Below, piece by piece: positions 48,585 through 57,609 of a stretch of 64,000 bases of DNA; the first letter of the stretch is position 1; each line of letters opens with the position of its first letter. The translations under genes were made by a program, and so were the position numbers. Origin of the DNA: a virus (taxonomy: Duplodnaviria > Heunggongvirae > Uroviricota > Caudoviricetes); IMG/VR virus record IMGVR_UViG_3300015610_000614, positions 35,694-99,693 of that record; one strand, 5' to 3'. A model generated the notes under the pieces. It was not told where the DNA came from, searched no databases, and worked only from the letters and a program-made list of their open reading frames with translations.

Positions 48585-48918
48585 CGGTTAACTCCCTAGT
48601 TTTCACTAGAGACCGGACTATATCTTCAACCTCTTGTAATGAATAAGCAAATAATACGTTTTTAGTGCGTATTTTTGCAATTCAGTAAGGCTGCCCCCCG
48701 TTTCGAGCTCATTACTCATGGCCCTACTCCTTTCGGATAGTCTCTGAACGTTCCACCTAAGGTATTAGGTGGCTTCGCTGCTGATTGCCCAATTTCTACA
48801 GTTTTCAAACCATCGCATTCACTATTACTAGTCGTGCTGTGGTCTGTAGAACTTAAGGGGTTTCCAGCAATTAGAGGGGTGTTTATCTCAGTATTACTAC
48901 TAAGAGGGACTTGAAATC
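48585..48918 (-). ncRNA. Group I self-splicing intron in polA
   Basis: Minus-strand P AAUUGCUGGAAACCC (48858-48872), Q AAUCAGCAGCGAAGCC (48771-48790), R GUUCAGAGACUAUC (48736-48749), S AAGAUAUAGUCCGGUC (48608-48624). It inserts right after the motif A Asp (..SIVSQD|) and contains no ORF. Confidence 0.75.
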
Positions 48919-50443
48919 AATCCTGGCTTACAATGCTATATCCAGCTGGAGCGACCAAACATCCTTTAATGATTGGGTCATCTCGCGGAATCTGTTGAGC
49001 ATTAAACTTTCCGCTACTAGATAAGCGCCCAGATGTGGTGAAAATAAGATTGAAATTTGTACGAATTCTTCCATCGTTGTCGATCTCCGGTAAAATCTTA
49101 CTAACATACGAGCTGCTAATTTTGGTAAGAGCACGTAGTTCTAGAATAGCCTTAGGTAGCGGATGCTGATCTGCTAGCTCTTTTAGAACTTCTGCGTCAG
49201 TAGATACCGCACCTGCCTTAGTAAGCTTACCAGTAGGAGTAAGTCCTACGTAGTCAAATAGTACTTTTCGTAGTTGAACTACTGAGCCAGGATTGAAGAT
49301 TTTACCCTCGTCCTTCTCATATTGCTTAACTTCGGGGAAGCTAAATACCTTTTCCTTGGCTGCTGAAATCTGTGTAAACAGATAAGTACCGGCAGCTTTC
49401 ATACGGTCTACACCGATAGGAATACCTACTTCTTCCATATCCATTAGGAACAGAGTACCGCGAATCAGAATATTTCGGTACACCCACTCCAGCTTAGGAT
49501 TATTGAGCACTAGCGGACGGAACTTACGATATAGCTCTAGAGTTACTGCCGTGTCGATAGCAGCATATCGACCAATAACATCCAATGGGATTAGATCGTA
49601 AGTGAAATCTTCCTGAAGAATACCGTGTTTAGCACAATATTCTTTCTTAAAGTCATCTAGTTCTGAATCGTAGTCACCAAAATCGGTGTACTTCAGTGCT
49701 AGCTGCTTTAGACCGTGCGAATCTGTCTCATCTAGAACGTAGTGCATAACCATAGTGTCATGCACGTTATCACGATTGAACCTAAAGCCGAAGTGATATG
49801 CAAGCATCTTATAATCGAACTTCATATTATGAAATACGACTGTATACTTATCAAAAATCTTCTGCATTAGTTCAATATGCTCAGAATCAAGGATATCTGA
49901 TACTAGGTATCTGCCTTGACGTAGCATATGCGACATAGAAATACCTAGTACGTACCCGTCGCGCGGATAAAGTGCAGTAGTTTCAGTATCCACTGCAACT
50001 TCGGTAACGTCACTATTATATACTTCTAATAGATATGCGTATGCTTCTTCCGCATTTGCAATCCACTTATAGTCACCGTTTACTGCTGCATTAGTAATCT
50101 TGCCAGCTAGAACGCCATGAATTTTATTCAGAGCTCGTTCAAAATCAGGCCTCATTTCAGGCTTAAATACTAGCATTGCAGGATTAGAAATACACATATA
50201 CTTGTTGTCAACAAGTAAGCCAGCATGACTAGTTACAGACGTAATTTTTGCGTAATGTTTTGCAGCTTCGGATCCTACTAGAATTACGTAATCATAAAGA
50301 TCCGGGTCAAAATCTAGAGTTACATCTTTCTTTAGTAGCTTTGGAATAGGTACTTCACTCATGTGAAGTAGATCAAACTCAAAATTGAAATGATCTGAAT
50401 AGTTGTTTCGGCTAGGTGCCTTGTCAATTACCGCAATTCTCAT
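48917..50443 (-). CDS. polA: DNA polymerase I family (PolA), exon 1 (3'-5' exonuclease and N-terminal polymerase domain up to motif A)
   Basis: VAVDTETTALYP (Exo I), HNMKFDYKML (Exo II), and ends ...GYSIVSQD (E. coli VIVSAD of motif A). Confidence 0.8.
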   Translation of the reverse strand: MRIAVIDKAPSRNNYSDHFNFEFDLLHMSEVPIPKLLKKDVTLDFDPDLYDYVILVGSEAAKHYAKITSVTSHAGLLVDNKYMCISNPAMLVFKPEMRPDFERALNKIHGVLAGKITNAAVNGDYKWIANAEEAYAYLLEVYNSDVTEVAVDTETTALYPRDGYVLGISMSHMLRQGRYLVSDILDSEHIELMQKIFDKYTVVFHNMKFDYKMLAYHFGFRFNRDNVHDTMVMHYVLDETDSHGLKQLALKYTDFGDYDSELDDFKKEYCAKHGILQEDFTYDLIPLDVIGRYAAIDTAVTLELYRKFRPLVLNNPKLEWVYRNILIRGTLFLMDMEEVGIPIGVDRMKAAGTYLFTQISAAKEKVFSFPEVKQYEKDEGKIFNPGSVVQLRKVLFDYVGLTPTGKLTKAGAVSTDAEVLKELADQHPLPKAILELRALTKISSSYVSKILPEIDNDGRIRTNFNLIFTTSGRLSSSGKFNAQQIPRDDPIIKGCLVAPAGYSIVSQD

Positions 50444-51291
50444 TTAGTATATTCCATAATCATTCGTACTTGTTCTTGATCCAGATCGCCAGGATCAATG
50501 TCATCTTCTAGCTTAATTATTTCGCAAGCATACCCAGCATCTTCAATCAAAGGCTTCAGCTTATTAGCAGCAGTAATACCGGCAGTATCTCCATCGTAAG
50601 CAATGTAGATTTTGGTAATACCCTGTGCCATAAAAGGCAATAGCTTACTCTTTGTATCTGTGTGTAGAGTATTAGTACCAAAAGTGCACACAACGTTTGT
50701 GCATCCTTTATCGTACATATTCAACATATCAAATATACCCTCCACTAGAACAATACTTCTAGTACCCGGTTCTTGAATACACGGGTATAGAGGTACTTGT
50801 ACCTTACTAGGATGAATTAGATACTTTGGATTTCCTGACGACATAGTATGCCGTCCAATATATACTGCAACTTTGTTAGCTGCGTCTTTAATAGGAAACC
50901 AAAGCCTATCCTCAAACTTAGGATCTCCATCAACATAAAAGGCTTCAAATTGTTTAAGCACTTTGGCGCTGATGCCTCGGAATGTGGTATTAAATGGTAC
51001 TGCCCCTTCGGGGATTGGTACTCCGTCTTTATCCAAGACTAGCTCCTTTAATTTCTGTTTTAGTTTTAGTACTTTTAGGGATACAGTATTACTTAGTACG
51101 CCAAAGTGCTTAAAGATATTTGTTTTAAACCCGCAGGAAAAGCAGTGTGCAATACCTGTAGTCTTATCTATACGAAAAGATGGGTTTGAGTCTTCATGCT
51201 CTGGATTTAAACACTTAGATAAGTAATCCTGTCCCGAAACCGTAAAGGATATTCCTTTACTGTTAAGTAGGTCTAGGACAGGATCACTCAT
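50440..51291 (-). CDS. DNA primase (Zn finger plus TOPRIM)
   Basis: CLNPEHEDSNPSF...CFSCG, plus TOPRIM VLVEGIFDMLN and DGDTAG. Confidence 0.75.
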   Translation of the reverse strand: MSDPVLDLLNSKGISFTVSGQDYLSKCLNPEHEDSNPSFRIDKTTGIAHCFSCGFKTNIFKHFGVLSNTVSLKVLKLKQKLKELVLDKDGVPIPEGAVPFNTTFRGISAKVLKQFEAFYVDGDPKFEDRLWFPIKDAANKVAVYIGRHTMSSGNPKYLIHPSKVQVPLYPCIQEPGTRSIVLVEGIFDMLNMYDKGCTNVVCTFGTNTLHTDTKSKLLPFMAQGITKIYIAYDGDTAGITAANKLKPLIEDAGYACEIIKLEDDIDPGDLDQEQVRMIMEYTK

Positions 51292-51689
51292 TACTTTAGC
51301 GCCTCTGCAACCATCTTAGAATCGTACTGGTTTGCATAGTTAGTCTTAAGATGCTTCATCATGTCAGCCATGCTTACTGTACCGCCGATACTCTTAGCGA
51401 TTGTACGAAGATCGTCTAGGGTTAGTTGCTTAGGCAAGAAGCTCTGAAGTACGAATAGTTCATCCTCAGCTGATTTATTGCCATAGTTAATCATAACTTG
51501 AGTATTCTTAACCATCTTCTTAATTTCAGCCATTACTTCATCGTCAGTAGGTAGGCCATTACGCTTATCTTTACCAACACGTTCAATAGCCCCTAGAAGT
51601 ACTGAAAGTACGCCTACGTCTTTACTTTTTTGTTTACGTGCAACTGTGTATTCTGATTTAATTTTATCGTATAACATAATTAATTCCAA
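51291..51689 (-). CDS. GatB/YqeY-like domain protein
   Basis: 132 aa helical protein; weak resemblance only. Confidence 0.3.
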   Translation of the reverse strand: MELIMLYDKIKSEYTVARKQKSKDVGVLSVLLGAIERVGKDKRNGLPTDDEVMAEIKKMVKNTQVMINYGNKSAEDELFVLQSFLPKQLTLDDLRTIAKSIGGTVSMADMMKHLKTNYANQYDSKMVAEALK

Positions 51690-53089
51690 GGAATATCTGT
51701 TGATGATTCGTCTTGTTTTAGATTTTCTTTTTTCTTTCCTGCACGCTTAATGCGTGGCTTTTCTTCACCAGATTCAGCATTTTGCTCATCCGGTAATTCC
51801 ATATTATTAGGACTAATACGAAGAGTATCCCAATCTATCGGGCTAGTAAACTTGGCTTCTGCTCCACCACGAATCTTAGTAGTTTCATAGGTAATAGCTC
51901 CCTTACTCTTGTCATGTACTTTAGACTTCAAAGCAATATCAGCAGGATCCAAAATACCTTTAGCGAAACGAGCTTCTCCCGACTCATCAGTTTGGTAAGG
52001 TGCGTAAATCGCTACATCATGCTTACGTGCAAGCTCCTTAAGTTTAGTAGCTACAATAATCTGCGCTTTCCAGTCGTACTTATCACCAGTAGCTCCCTCA
52101 AGTACAACCTGGTTAACATAGTCTACTACTGCTAGTTTGAACTTGTCACCATGCTTGGCTTTGAGTTTACCAATGTGCAGGTCAATAGCTGTAATAGTTA
52201 AAGCCCGATCATCAATGATAATTGGAGCCTCGTCCTTCAGCTTTTTAGATCGTACTAAATCTTTTTCAAATTTAATACGGTTTCTATGCTTGATAAAGTC
52301 CTGCACTAGTTCGTCAGCATCTAGGAACATTGCAGCACGTGCCTTAACAACCTTCAACCAATCATCGTCAGTCAATGTGCCCTTTTTAAGCCCGGAGTGG
52401 CTAACTTGGGCGTGCATAGCCATATTACGCTGCATTACTTCGTGGCCGGACATTTCAATAGTGAAATAAGGACATACGAAGCCTGATTCATACTGGTTAG
52501 TTTGAATATTACTACAGCTAATAGACTTACCTGAGCCTCGGTGACCACCCTGAAGAATAAGCTCTCCAGTAGCAACACCACCTAGCATTGAGTCGAACGT
52601 GTTATTAAGGCCTAGATATACCCTATTCTTAGCTAGAGTTTCCTCGTCTCGGAATAGAAGTAGATCAGCCATAGAATACACATTCTCAGATGAAAATGTC
52701 TTCTCGTCTAGCTTAAGTACAATCTCAGCCAGGCCATCTTTAGTTTCCTGTGCTGAATACATTGGCAAGTTATTTAAAAACTTGTCTAGAAAGTCAATCG
52801 TAAGATTTTGAGTATACTGGTCAATCAGAGCATCTAAAGCTACTTCTGCACTGATATTTTCTACGTCCAGTAGCTTTACAGCTGCTAGAGTACGAAGCGC
52901 TGGACCACTACGAAGCTGGATCTCTAATTCTTCAAAATTAGGTAGCTTACTGTATGTGTCGTAATATTTATGGATTACCGTGTATAGAGACGAATATGCT
53001 GGATCTAGATAAAGTAGTTTTAGGCGTGCCCAAATCTCGAGATTATTCTCGCCCAATACTTTATTTAGAACTACTGCACTTACATCCAT
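51680..53089 (-). CDS. DnaB-family replicative helicase
   Basis: Walker A GGHRGSGKS, LAVVDYVNQV (Walker B/H4 region), 469 aa. Confidence 0.75.
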   Translation of the reverse strand: MDVSAVVLNKVLGENNLEIWARLKLLYLDPAYSSLYTVIHKYYDTYSKLPNFEELEIQLRSGPALRTLAAVKLLDVENISAEVALDALIDQYTQNLTIDFLDKFLNNLPMYSAQETKDGLAEIVLKLDEKTFSSENVYSMADLLLFRDEETLAKNRVYLGLNNTFDSMLGGVATGELILQGGHRGSGKSISCSNIQTNQYESGFVCPYFTIEMSGHEVMQRNMAMHAQVSHSGLKKGTLTDDDWLKVVKARAAMFLDADELVQDFIKHRNRIKFEKDLVRSKKLKDEAPIIIDDRALTITAIDLHIGKLKAKHGDKFKLAVVDYVNQVVLEGATGDKYDWKAQIIVATKLKELARKHDVAIYAPYQTDESGEARFAKGILDPADIALKSKVHDKSKGAITYETTKIRGGAEAKFTSPIDWDTLRISPNNMELPDEQNAESGEEKPRIKRAGKKKENLKQDESSTDIPWN

Positions 53090-53388
53090 TACACTACTCT
53101 TTGCTCATTTTCAATAATTACTTGATCCAATAATTCCTCAAGCTTAGACAACATTTCAGCTCGTAGTGTTTTAATTTCAACAGGATAATTGGAACTCTTA
53201 TCAAACAGCATACTAATCTGTCTGTGTGTAATCATACACTGAATACCGTGCATAACGTGGTCATGCGGAGTACTAGAATCGGGACCCACCACTACTTTGG
53301 CCGCTGACCCATATTGATCTCTAGCATTTCGCACTACTTCTTCGACTGTCAGCGACTTAGGGTCATTATATATTAGTGTTACTTGCAT
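53089..53388 (-). CDS. Hypothetical protein
   Basis: 99 aa coupled ORF. Confidence 0.3.
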   Translation of the reverse strand: MQVTLIYNDPKSLTVEEVVRNARDQYGSAAKVVVGPDSSTPHDHVMHGIQCMITHRQISMLFDKSSNYPVEIKTLRAEMLSKLEELLDQVIIENEQRVV

Positions 53389-53458
53389 AAATACCAGAAG
53401 AAAAGGGGATGATCCCTTTATTGAATCACCCCCTAAAACTTATTGTTTTTATTATTTA

Positions 53459-54214
53459 TTAGGCAGCAGCCTTGCTTGCACGACCTGCGGCCTTTTCAGC
53501 CTTAGCAACGCCGTCATAATCAGCAGCCTTTAGGCCACGACGGGTTAGGAGAGTCTTAATACCGCGTTCGGTCTTACCAACAGCAGCAGCAATTTGCTCT
53601 ACAGTCATAGTAGAAAGCTTATCGCCTAGAACATCTACCGGATCAGCTTCGGCAGTAGCGTGCGATTCCTTTTGCTTAGGAATCGCAGTAATTTGACCAG
53701 AACGGCTTAGGCTTAGGGCCTTACCACGTACGCTAGCGATGGTCTTATTAAGAGCGGTAGCAATGTCTTCGATGAAAGCGCCCTTAGCTGCCATATCAAC
53801 GAACTTAGCTTCTTCATCAGCGCTATAAGTACGAGCAACTTCAACCTTTTCAGCAGGTAGAACGTGGCTGGTTAGTTCGAGAGCTAGAGCCTTACCTTGA
53901 ACTTGTTTAGGAGAGAACTTACCGCCTTGGAAGGCTTCAGCAATTTCCTTATAAGTCTTGGTGCCACTTACGCTTTCAATGTAAGCCTTAAGAGCGTTAC
54001 CTTCGTCTTCGGTGAAGGTAGCAGTAGCTTCCTTAGCTAGTGAAGCTACAGTGAAGTCTAGCTGACGTAGCTTAGCAGCTACAGAACGTGCGCTACGGCC
54101 AAGGGTCTCAGCAGCTGCATTAACAGTAGCAGCAGATACGGGAGATTCGCTACCGGCTAGGTCACGTAGTTGAGCAACAGCTTCGTCGGACCAGTTCTTC
54201 TTAGTTTCAGTCAT
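53459..54214 (-). CDS. DNA-binding-like protein with four tandem HTH-like repeats
   Basis: About 27-aa repeats: ..AAETLGRSARSVAAKLRQL, ..IAEAFQGGKFSPKQVQGKALAL, ..IATALNKTIASVRGKALSL, ..IAAAVGKTERGIKTLLTRRGL. Confidence 0.4.
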   Translation of the reverse strand: MTETKKNWSDEAVAQLRDLAGSESPVSAATVNAAAETLGRSARSVAAKLRQLDFTVASLAKEATATFTEDEGNALKAYIESVSGTKTYKEIAEAFQGGKFSPKQVQGKALALELTSHVLPAEKVEVARTYSADEEAKFVDMAAKGAFIEDIATALNKTIASVRGKALSLSRSGQITAIPKQKESHATAEADPVDVLGDKLSTMTVEQIAAAVGKTERGIKTLLTRRGLKAADYDGVAKAEKAAGRASKAAA

Positions 54215-54216
54215 AT

Positions 54217-54984
54217 TTATTCTTTCTTGAGAAATTCAATTAAATTAGTGATAATAGTAATGCCATATTGTTCAGCTTTATCGCGCTTACTACTTCCCTT
54301 ACCTTCCTCATCTACTAGGTAATCTAGAGTCTTTGTTACGGATTCTACTACTTTGTAGCCAGCGGCCTGTAATTTTTGTGTTGCTTCGGCCTTATTTTTG
54401 AAAGATAAAGGTTTTCCTGTGATGCAAACAGTTTTACCGTTTGCGTTTTCTTGTTTAATACTAGCTTGCTTGACGCTCTTAAATAGCTCAGACGGGACAA
54501 AATCCTCAATCTGAGTAAATTCAAACTCAAGCCATTCTAGTAAATTATTTGTTGCTTTGTCGCCTAAACCCGCTGCTTTACAGGTTTCTTCGTTGATCTG
54601 TTTAATATCGTCAACCACGGAGGCGATCTTGTTAGAAGCCGTATTCCCGATAAGAGGAATCGACATAGCAGCTAAAAATGTTGCAAGGCCTGCTAGCTTA
54701 GACTTTTCAATTTCTTGAACAAGTTTTTCAGCAATTTTAACGCTTCCCAGCGCTTCGGCAGCAGTCTCTACATCGAGATAAAAAATCTCTGCCAAACTAG
54801 TTAAATTCAATTTTTCAATTGACTTAGGCCCCATCCCTTTAATACCCATAACAGAGCAGAAATGCTCCATCTTCTTTGCCAACTGAGCATCGCACGCTAC
54901 GTTTTTACAAAAAAGCTGATCGTTGATCAGAGTCAAAGGATACTCGCAGCAGGGGCATGTCGTTGGTATAAGAATTTGTTGCAT
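54217..54984 (-). CDS. ligA: NAD-dependent DNA ligase, C-terminal subunit (Zn finger, HhH, BRCT)
   Basis: CPCCEYPL...C..C, HhH GIKGMGPKS, BRCT KTVCITGKPL. Confidence 0.75.
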   Translation of the reverse strand: MQQILIPTTCPCCEYPLTLINDQLFCKNVACDAQLAKKMEHFCSVMGIKGMGPKSIEKLNLTSLAEIFYLDVETAAEALGSVKIAEKLVQEIEKSKLAGLATFLAAMSIPLIGNTASNKIASVVDDIKQINEETCKAAGLGDKATNNLLEWLEFEFTQIEDFVPSELFKSVKQASIKQENANGKTVCITGKPLSFKNKAEATQKLQAAGYKVVESVTKTLDYLVDEEGKGSSKRDKAEQYGITIITNLIEFLKKE

Positions 54985-55009
54985 AGCTTCTCTATCAATT
55001 TAAGTATCT

Positions 55010-55038
55010 ATTATAGATTAATTTTAACCTATAGGCAA
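55010..55038 (-). promoter_or_regulatory. Promoter between the two ligA halves (TTGCCT, 17-bp spacer, TATAAT)
   Basis: Minus-strand -10 at 55010-55015 and -35 at 55033-55038. Lies in the conserved block AAGTATCTATTATAGAT that is shared with 59241-59260. Confidence 0.55.
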
Positions 55039-55059
55039 GCTCAAATTTTTGTATCTCCC

Positions 55060-56013
55060 TCAACCTACTTTATACACGATTTCGGGAATTACAGCACCCG
55101 CACGTCGTACACCTACAGTACATCCAATATACAAATCAAGCGCTCGAATGAATTCAGGATTATTAAGAGTTGCGCGAGATACCTTAGCATCTTCGATTAT
55201 TACTGGTTCTAGAATTGCTACAGGCGTAATTTTACCTGATCGACCTGTTTGCCAAACTACGTCCAATAGTTTGGTTTCTACAGCTTCGGTTCGTTCTTTC
55301 AGAGCATATGCACCTTTTGGATGTTTAGCAGTATAACCTGCGGCATTGAAGTCATCATTATTATTAATGCGATGTACAATGCCGTCAGAAGGATAAATTT
55401 TGTCAATATTTTTATCAAATACTGTATTGAAACCAGCTTTTGACAGATAAGTCATATCTACATCATACCATGGTCCAATGTTAGGTTGAATACCATAAGC
55501 AAAGAATTCTACTGCACGCGTTTTGAATTCTTCTACTGAACCAAGATTAAGTGCACCTGCTGCATAGTTACGAGCATTTTCGATATGCTTAGGAGCAACC
55601 AACTCTCCAGTAATCTGACGCATACCAAGGAACGGGATCTCCTTAGGAATCAAATTAGTGTTTGCAAACTTGTCTGTTACATCCTTACCCTCAATACCGT
55701 CACCACGAGTTGTGGACCGAAGGTATTTGCCGTCAATATAAAGATGCTCAACAGAAGCTCCGTCTAGTTTTATAGACGCGCACTTATCTTTAGTATACCA
55801 AGCTAGCGGACTTTTCTTACCTTCGTCTTCGTAATGCTTCTCTAGTGAGTACATTTGGAAGACATGCTTGTTTACATTATCGTGCTGTTTAGCACCTACC
55901 TTGTTATATCCAATACTATCTGCTAGAGCATCAAACTGTGCATCGGAGATAATAGGATTGCCTGCGTAGTAGGCAGAAGATGCTTTGTCAAGAAATTCTG
56001 TAATTTTTGTCAT
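55060..56013 (-). CDS. ligA: NAD-dependent DNA ligase, N-terminal adenylation subunit
   Basis: KxDG motif SIKLDGASVEHLY, 317 aa. Confidence 0.75.
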   Translation of the reverse strand: MTKITEFLDKASSAYYAGNPIISDAQFDALADSIGYNKVGAKQHDNVNKHVFQMYSLEKHYEDEGKKSPLAWYTKDKCASIKLDGASVEHLYIDGKYLRSTTRGDGIEGKDVTDKFANTNLIPKEIPFLGMRQITGELVAPKHIENARNYAAGALNLGSVEEFKTRAVEFFAYGIQPNIGPWYDVDMTYLSKAGFNTVFDKNIDKIYPSDGIVHRINNNDDFNAAGYTAKHPKGAYALKERTEAVETKLLDVVWQTGRSGKITPVAILEPVIIEDAKVSRATLNNPEFIRALDLYIGCTVGVRRAGAVIPEIVYKVG

Positions 56014-56037
56014 ACAATATGTCTAAGTAATGAAGAT

Positions 56038-56066
56038 ATTATATGCCATTAACTAGGTAAGTTCAA
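56038..56066 (-). promoter_or_regulatory. Promoter for the ligA N-terminal subunit gene (TTGAAC, 17-bp spacer, TATAAT)
   Basis: Minus-strand -10 at 56038-56043 and -35 at 56061-56066. Confidence 0.5.
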
Positions 56067-56405
56067 GTCAGGAATTTTATCGCTAAAGAACTTTAATACG
56101 GCGATACGAGATTCCTCGTATGAGGATAGTTCAATCAACCCTTCTAGTAGATTGTAGATGTTGTCGATTTCTGCCGGAAAAGATACCCCTTCCTTGGACG
56201 CAACGTACTCACCCTCAAAGGATAGGAAGTACTTACGAATATGAATGTATAATACTTCTCGGTATTCTGAAAGCACCATGCGTAGCTGGTACCCTTTAAT
56301 TTCATTTTCGTAAATGATCTTTTCAAATAGTGGCGGATTTTCTTGATCTGACATTTTAGGCATACTCCAGAGATTTATAGGCCCAAAATGTATATCGGGC
56401 CACAT
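56049..56405 (-). CDS. Hypothetical protein
   Basis: 118 aa ORF. Confidence 0.3.
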   Translation of the reverse strand: MWPDIHFGPINLWSMPKMSDQENPPLFEKIIYENEIKGYQLRMVLSEYREVLYIHIRKYFLSFEGEYVASKEGVSFPAEIDNIYNLLEGLIELSSYEESRIAVLKFFSDKIPDLNLPS

Positions 56406-56605
56406 TACTTACAAACATCATTAAGGTTAGAATTTTTACGTAGAAATGAGGTATGTCCAATACCGGGTTCTACATAATATGCTTCTTTAGTTTTAGGGTC
56501 ACACAATACTTTATAATCCGCACCACGATAATTATTAGAACATCCTGTAAGCACTAATATAGCTACAAATAGTATTTTATACATAAATTTCGCCGGTTGG
56601 CGCAA
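56405..56605 (-). CDS. Small lipoprotein
   Basis: Signal peptide with lipobox LTGCS. Confidence 0.5.
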   Translation of the reverse strand: MRQPAKFMYKILFVAILVLTGCSNNYRGADYKVLCDPKTKEAYYVEPGIGHTSFLRKNSNLNDVCK

Positions 56606-56631
56606 GTAGCACGCCTTCGCGTGCTACTGCC

Positions 56632-57606
56632 TTACTTCTTAGTATCTACGCTTAGGTAAGGTACCGGAGCGCTGCCATAAATATGGGTAGGTAGTGCACC
56701 ATTCCATTTCTGAGCTTTTGCTAGGTCAACTTCAATGCGCTTAAGTTCCAGAACATCGCGGTTCTGCGCTAGAGCATCGTTTTGAATCTTCAGAGCCTTA
56801 GCATTAGCCTCGGCGGCCTTTAGCGTTGCGTATGCTTCACCATCTGCCTTTGCCTTAAGAGCCGTAGCTTCTGCTTCAGCAGTAACAACCTTAATACGTT
56901 GTTCAGATTCTACAGTCTTAGCACGATTATCAGCAGCTAGCTTCTTCTGTTCTTCAGTAACCTTGGCATTAATAGCAGCCATGTAGCTATCACTGAAGCT
57001 AAAGCTAGTTACATCAACTGACACAATATTAGCGTAGTAAGTAGCCATCTTAGCTTGAATAGCAGCCCTAAACGCTAGAGATACGTCAGCTCGCTTGGCG
57101 ATTAGATCGGTAGCGGTATAACGTGAAGTAACAGCCTTAAAGGCTTCACGAGTAGCAGTATCTACATAGCTGTACAGATTGCCGTCATGTGAATAAGACT
57201 CGAAAACTTCCGCAACCTTATCCGGCATAATGTTATAACGTACAGTCAGCGAAACCTTAACAGGTTGCGTATCTGACGTAGCACCTTCAGCATTCTCAAC
57301 TACCGCAGCTTCGGGTCGGATACTGAATACGTGCAGCTTCTGGAGAGGATAAACAAACTTGTAACCTTCGCCAGTAATACCCTGGATAGAGCCACCGAGT
57401 GTAAATACGCCACGGTGGCCAGTAGGCACCTGATGGATAGGCCATAGAGATACTAGCAGGATGAAAATAACTAGAGCTGATACTGCCTGCTTAATTACTT
57501 TAGGCCAATTGGTTCGAGATACATTTACCTTACCATACCTAGAAGTCTCTACTTCTTCAGTGATAGTATAATTGAAAAAGTTCTTTAGTGCTTCGTTATT
57601 AAACAT
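56632..57606 (-). CDS. SPFH/band 7 (prohibitin/HflC-like) membrane protein
   Basis: N-terminal TM segment, SPFH core (GHRGVFTLGGSIQGITGEGYKFVYPL), C-terminal coiled coil. Confidence 0.7.
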   Translation of the reverse strand: MFNNEALKNFFNYTITEEVETSRYGKVNVSRTNWPKVIKQAVSALVIFILLVSLWPIHQVPTGHRGVFTLGGSIQGITGEGYKFVYPLQKLHVFSIRPEAAVVENAEGATSDTQPVKVSLTVRYNIMPDKVAEVFESYSHDGNLYSYVDTATREAFKAVTSRYTATDLIAKRADVSLAFRAAIQAKMATYYANIVSVDVTSFSFSDSYMAAINAKVTEEQKKLAADNRAKTVESEQRIKVVTAEAEATALKAKADGEAYATLKAAEANAKALKIQNDALAQNRDVLELKRIEVDLAKAQKWNGALPTHIYGSAPVPYLSVDTKK

Positions 57607-57609
57607 TTT

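Noticed and set aside
47814-50443. DNA polymerase encoded as two subunits
   Set aside because: The downstream part has no ATG or RBS. The spacer contains a complete group I intron core (P, Q, R, S). The break falls exactly after the catalytic Asp of motif A.
56610-56632. Hairpin gtagcacgc cttc gcgtgctac upstream of the lipoprotein gene as a terminator
   Set aside because: There is no U-run on the transcribed strand. It is more likely a 5' UTR structure or an RNase site.
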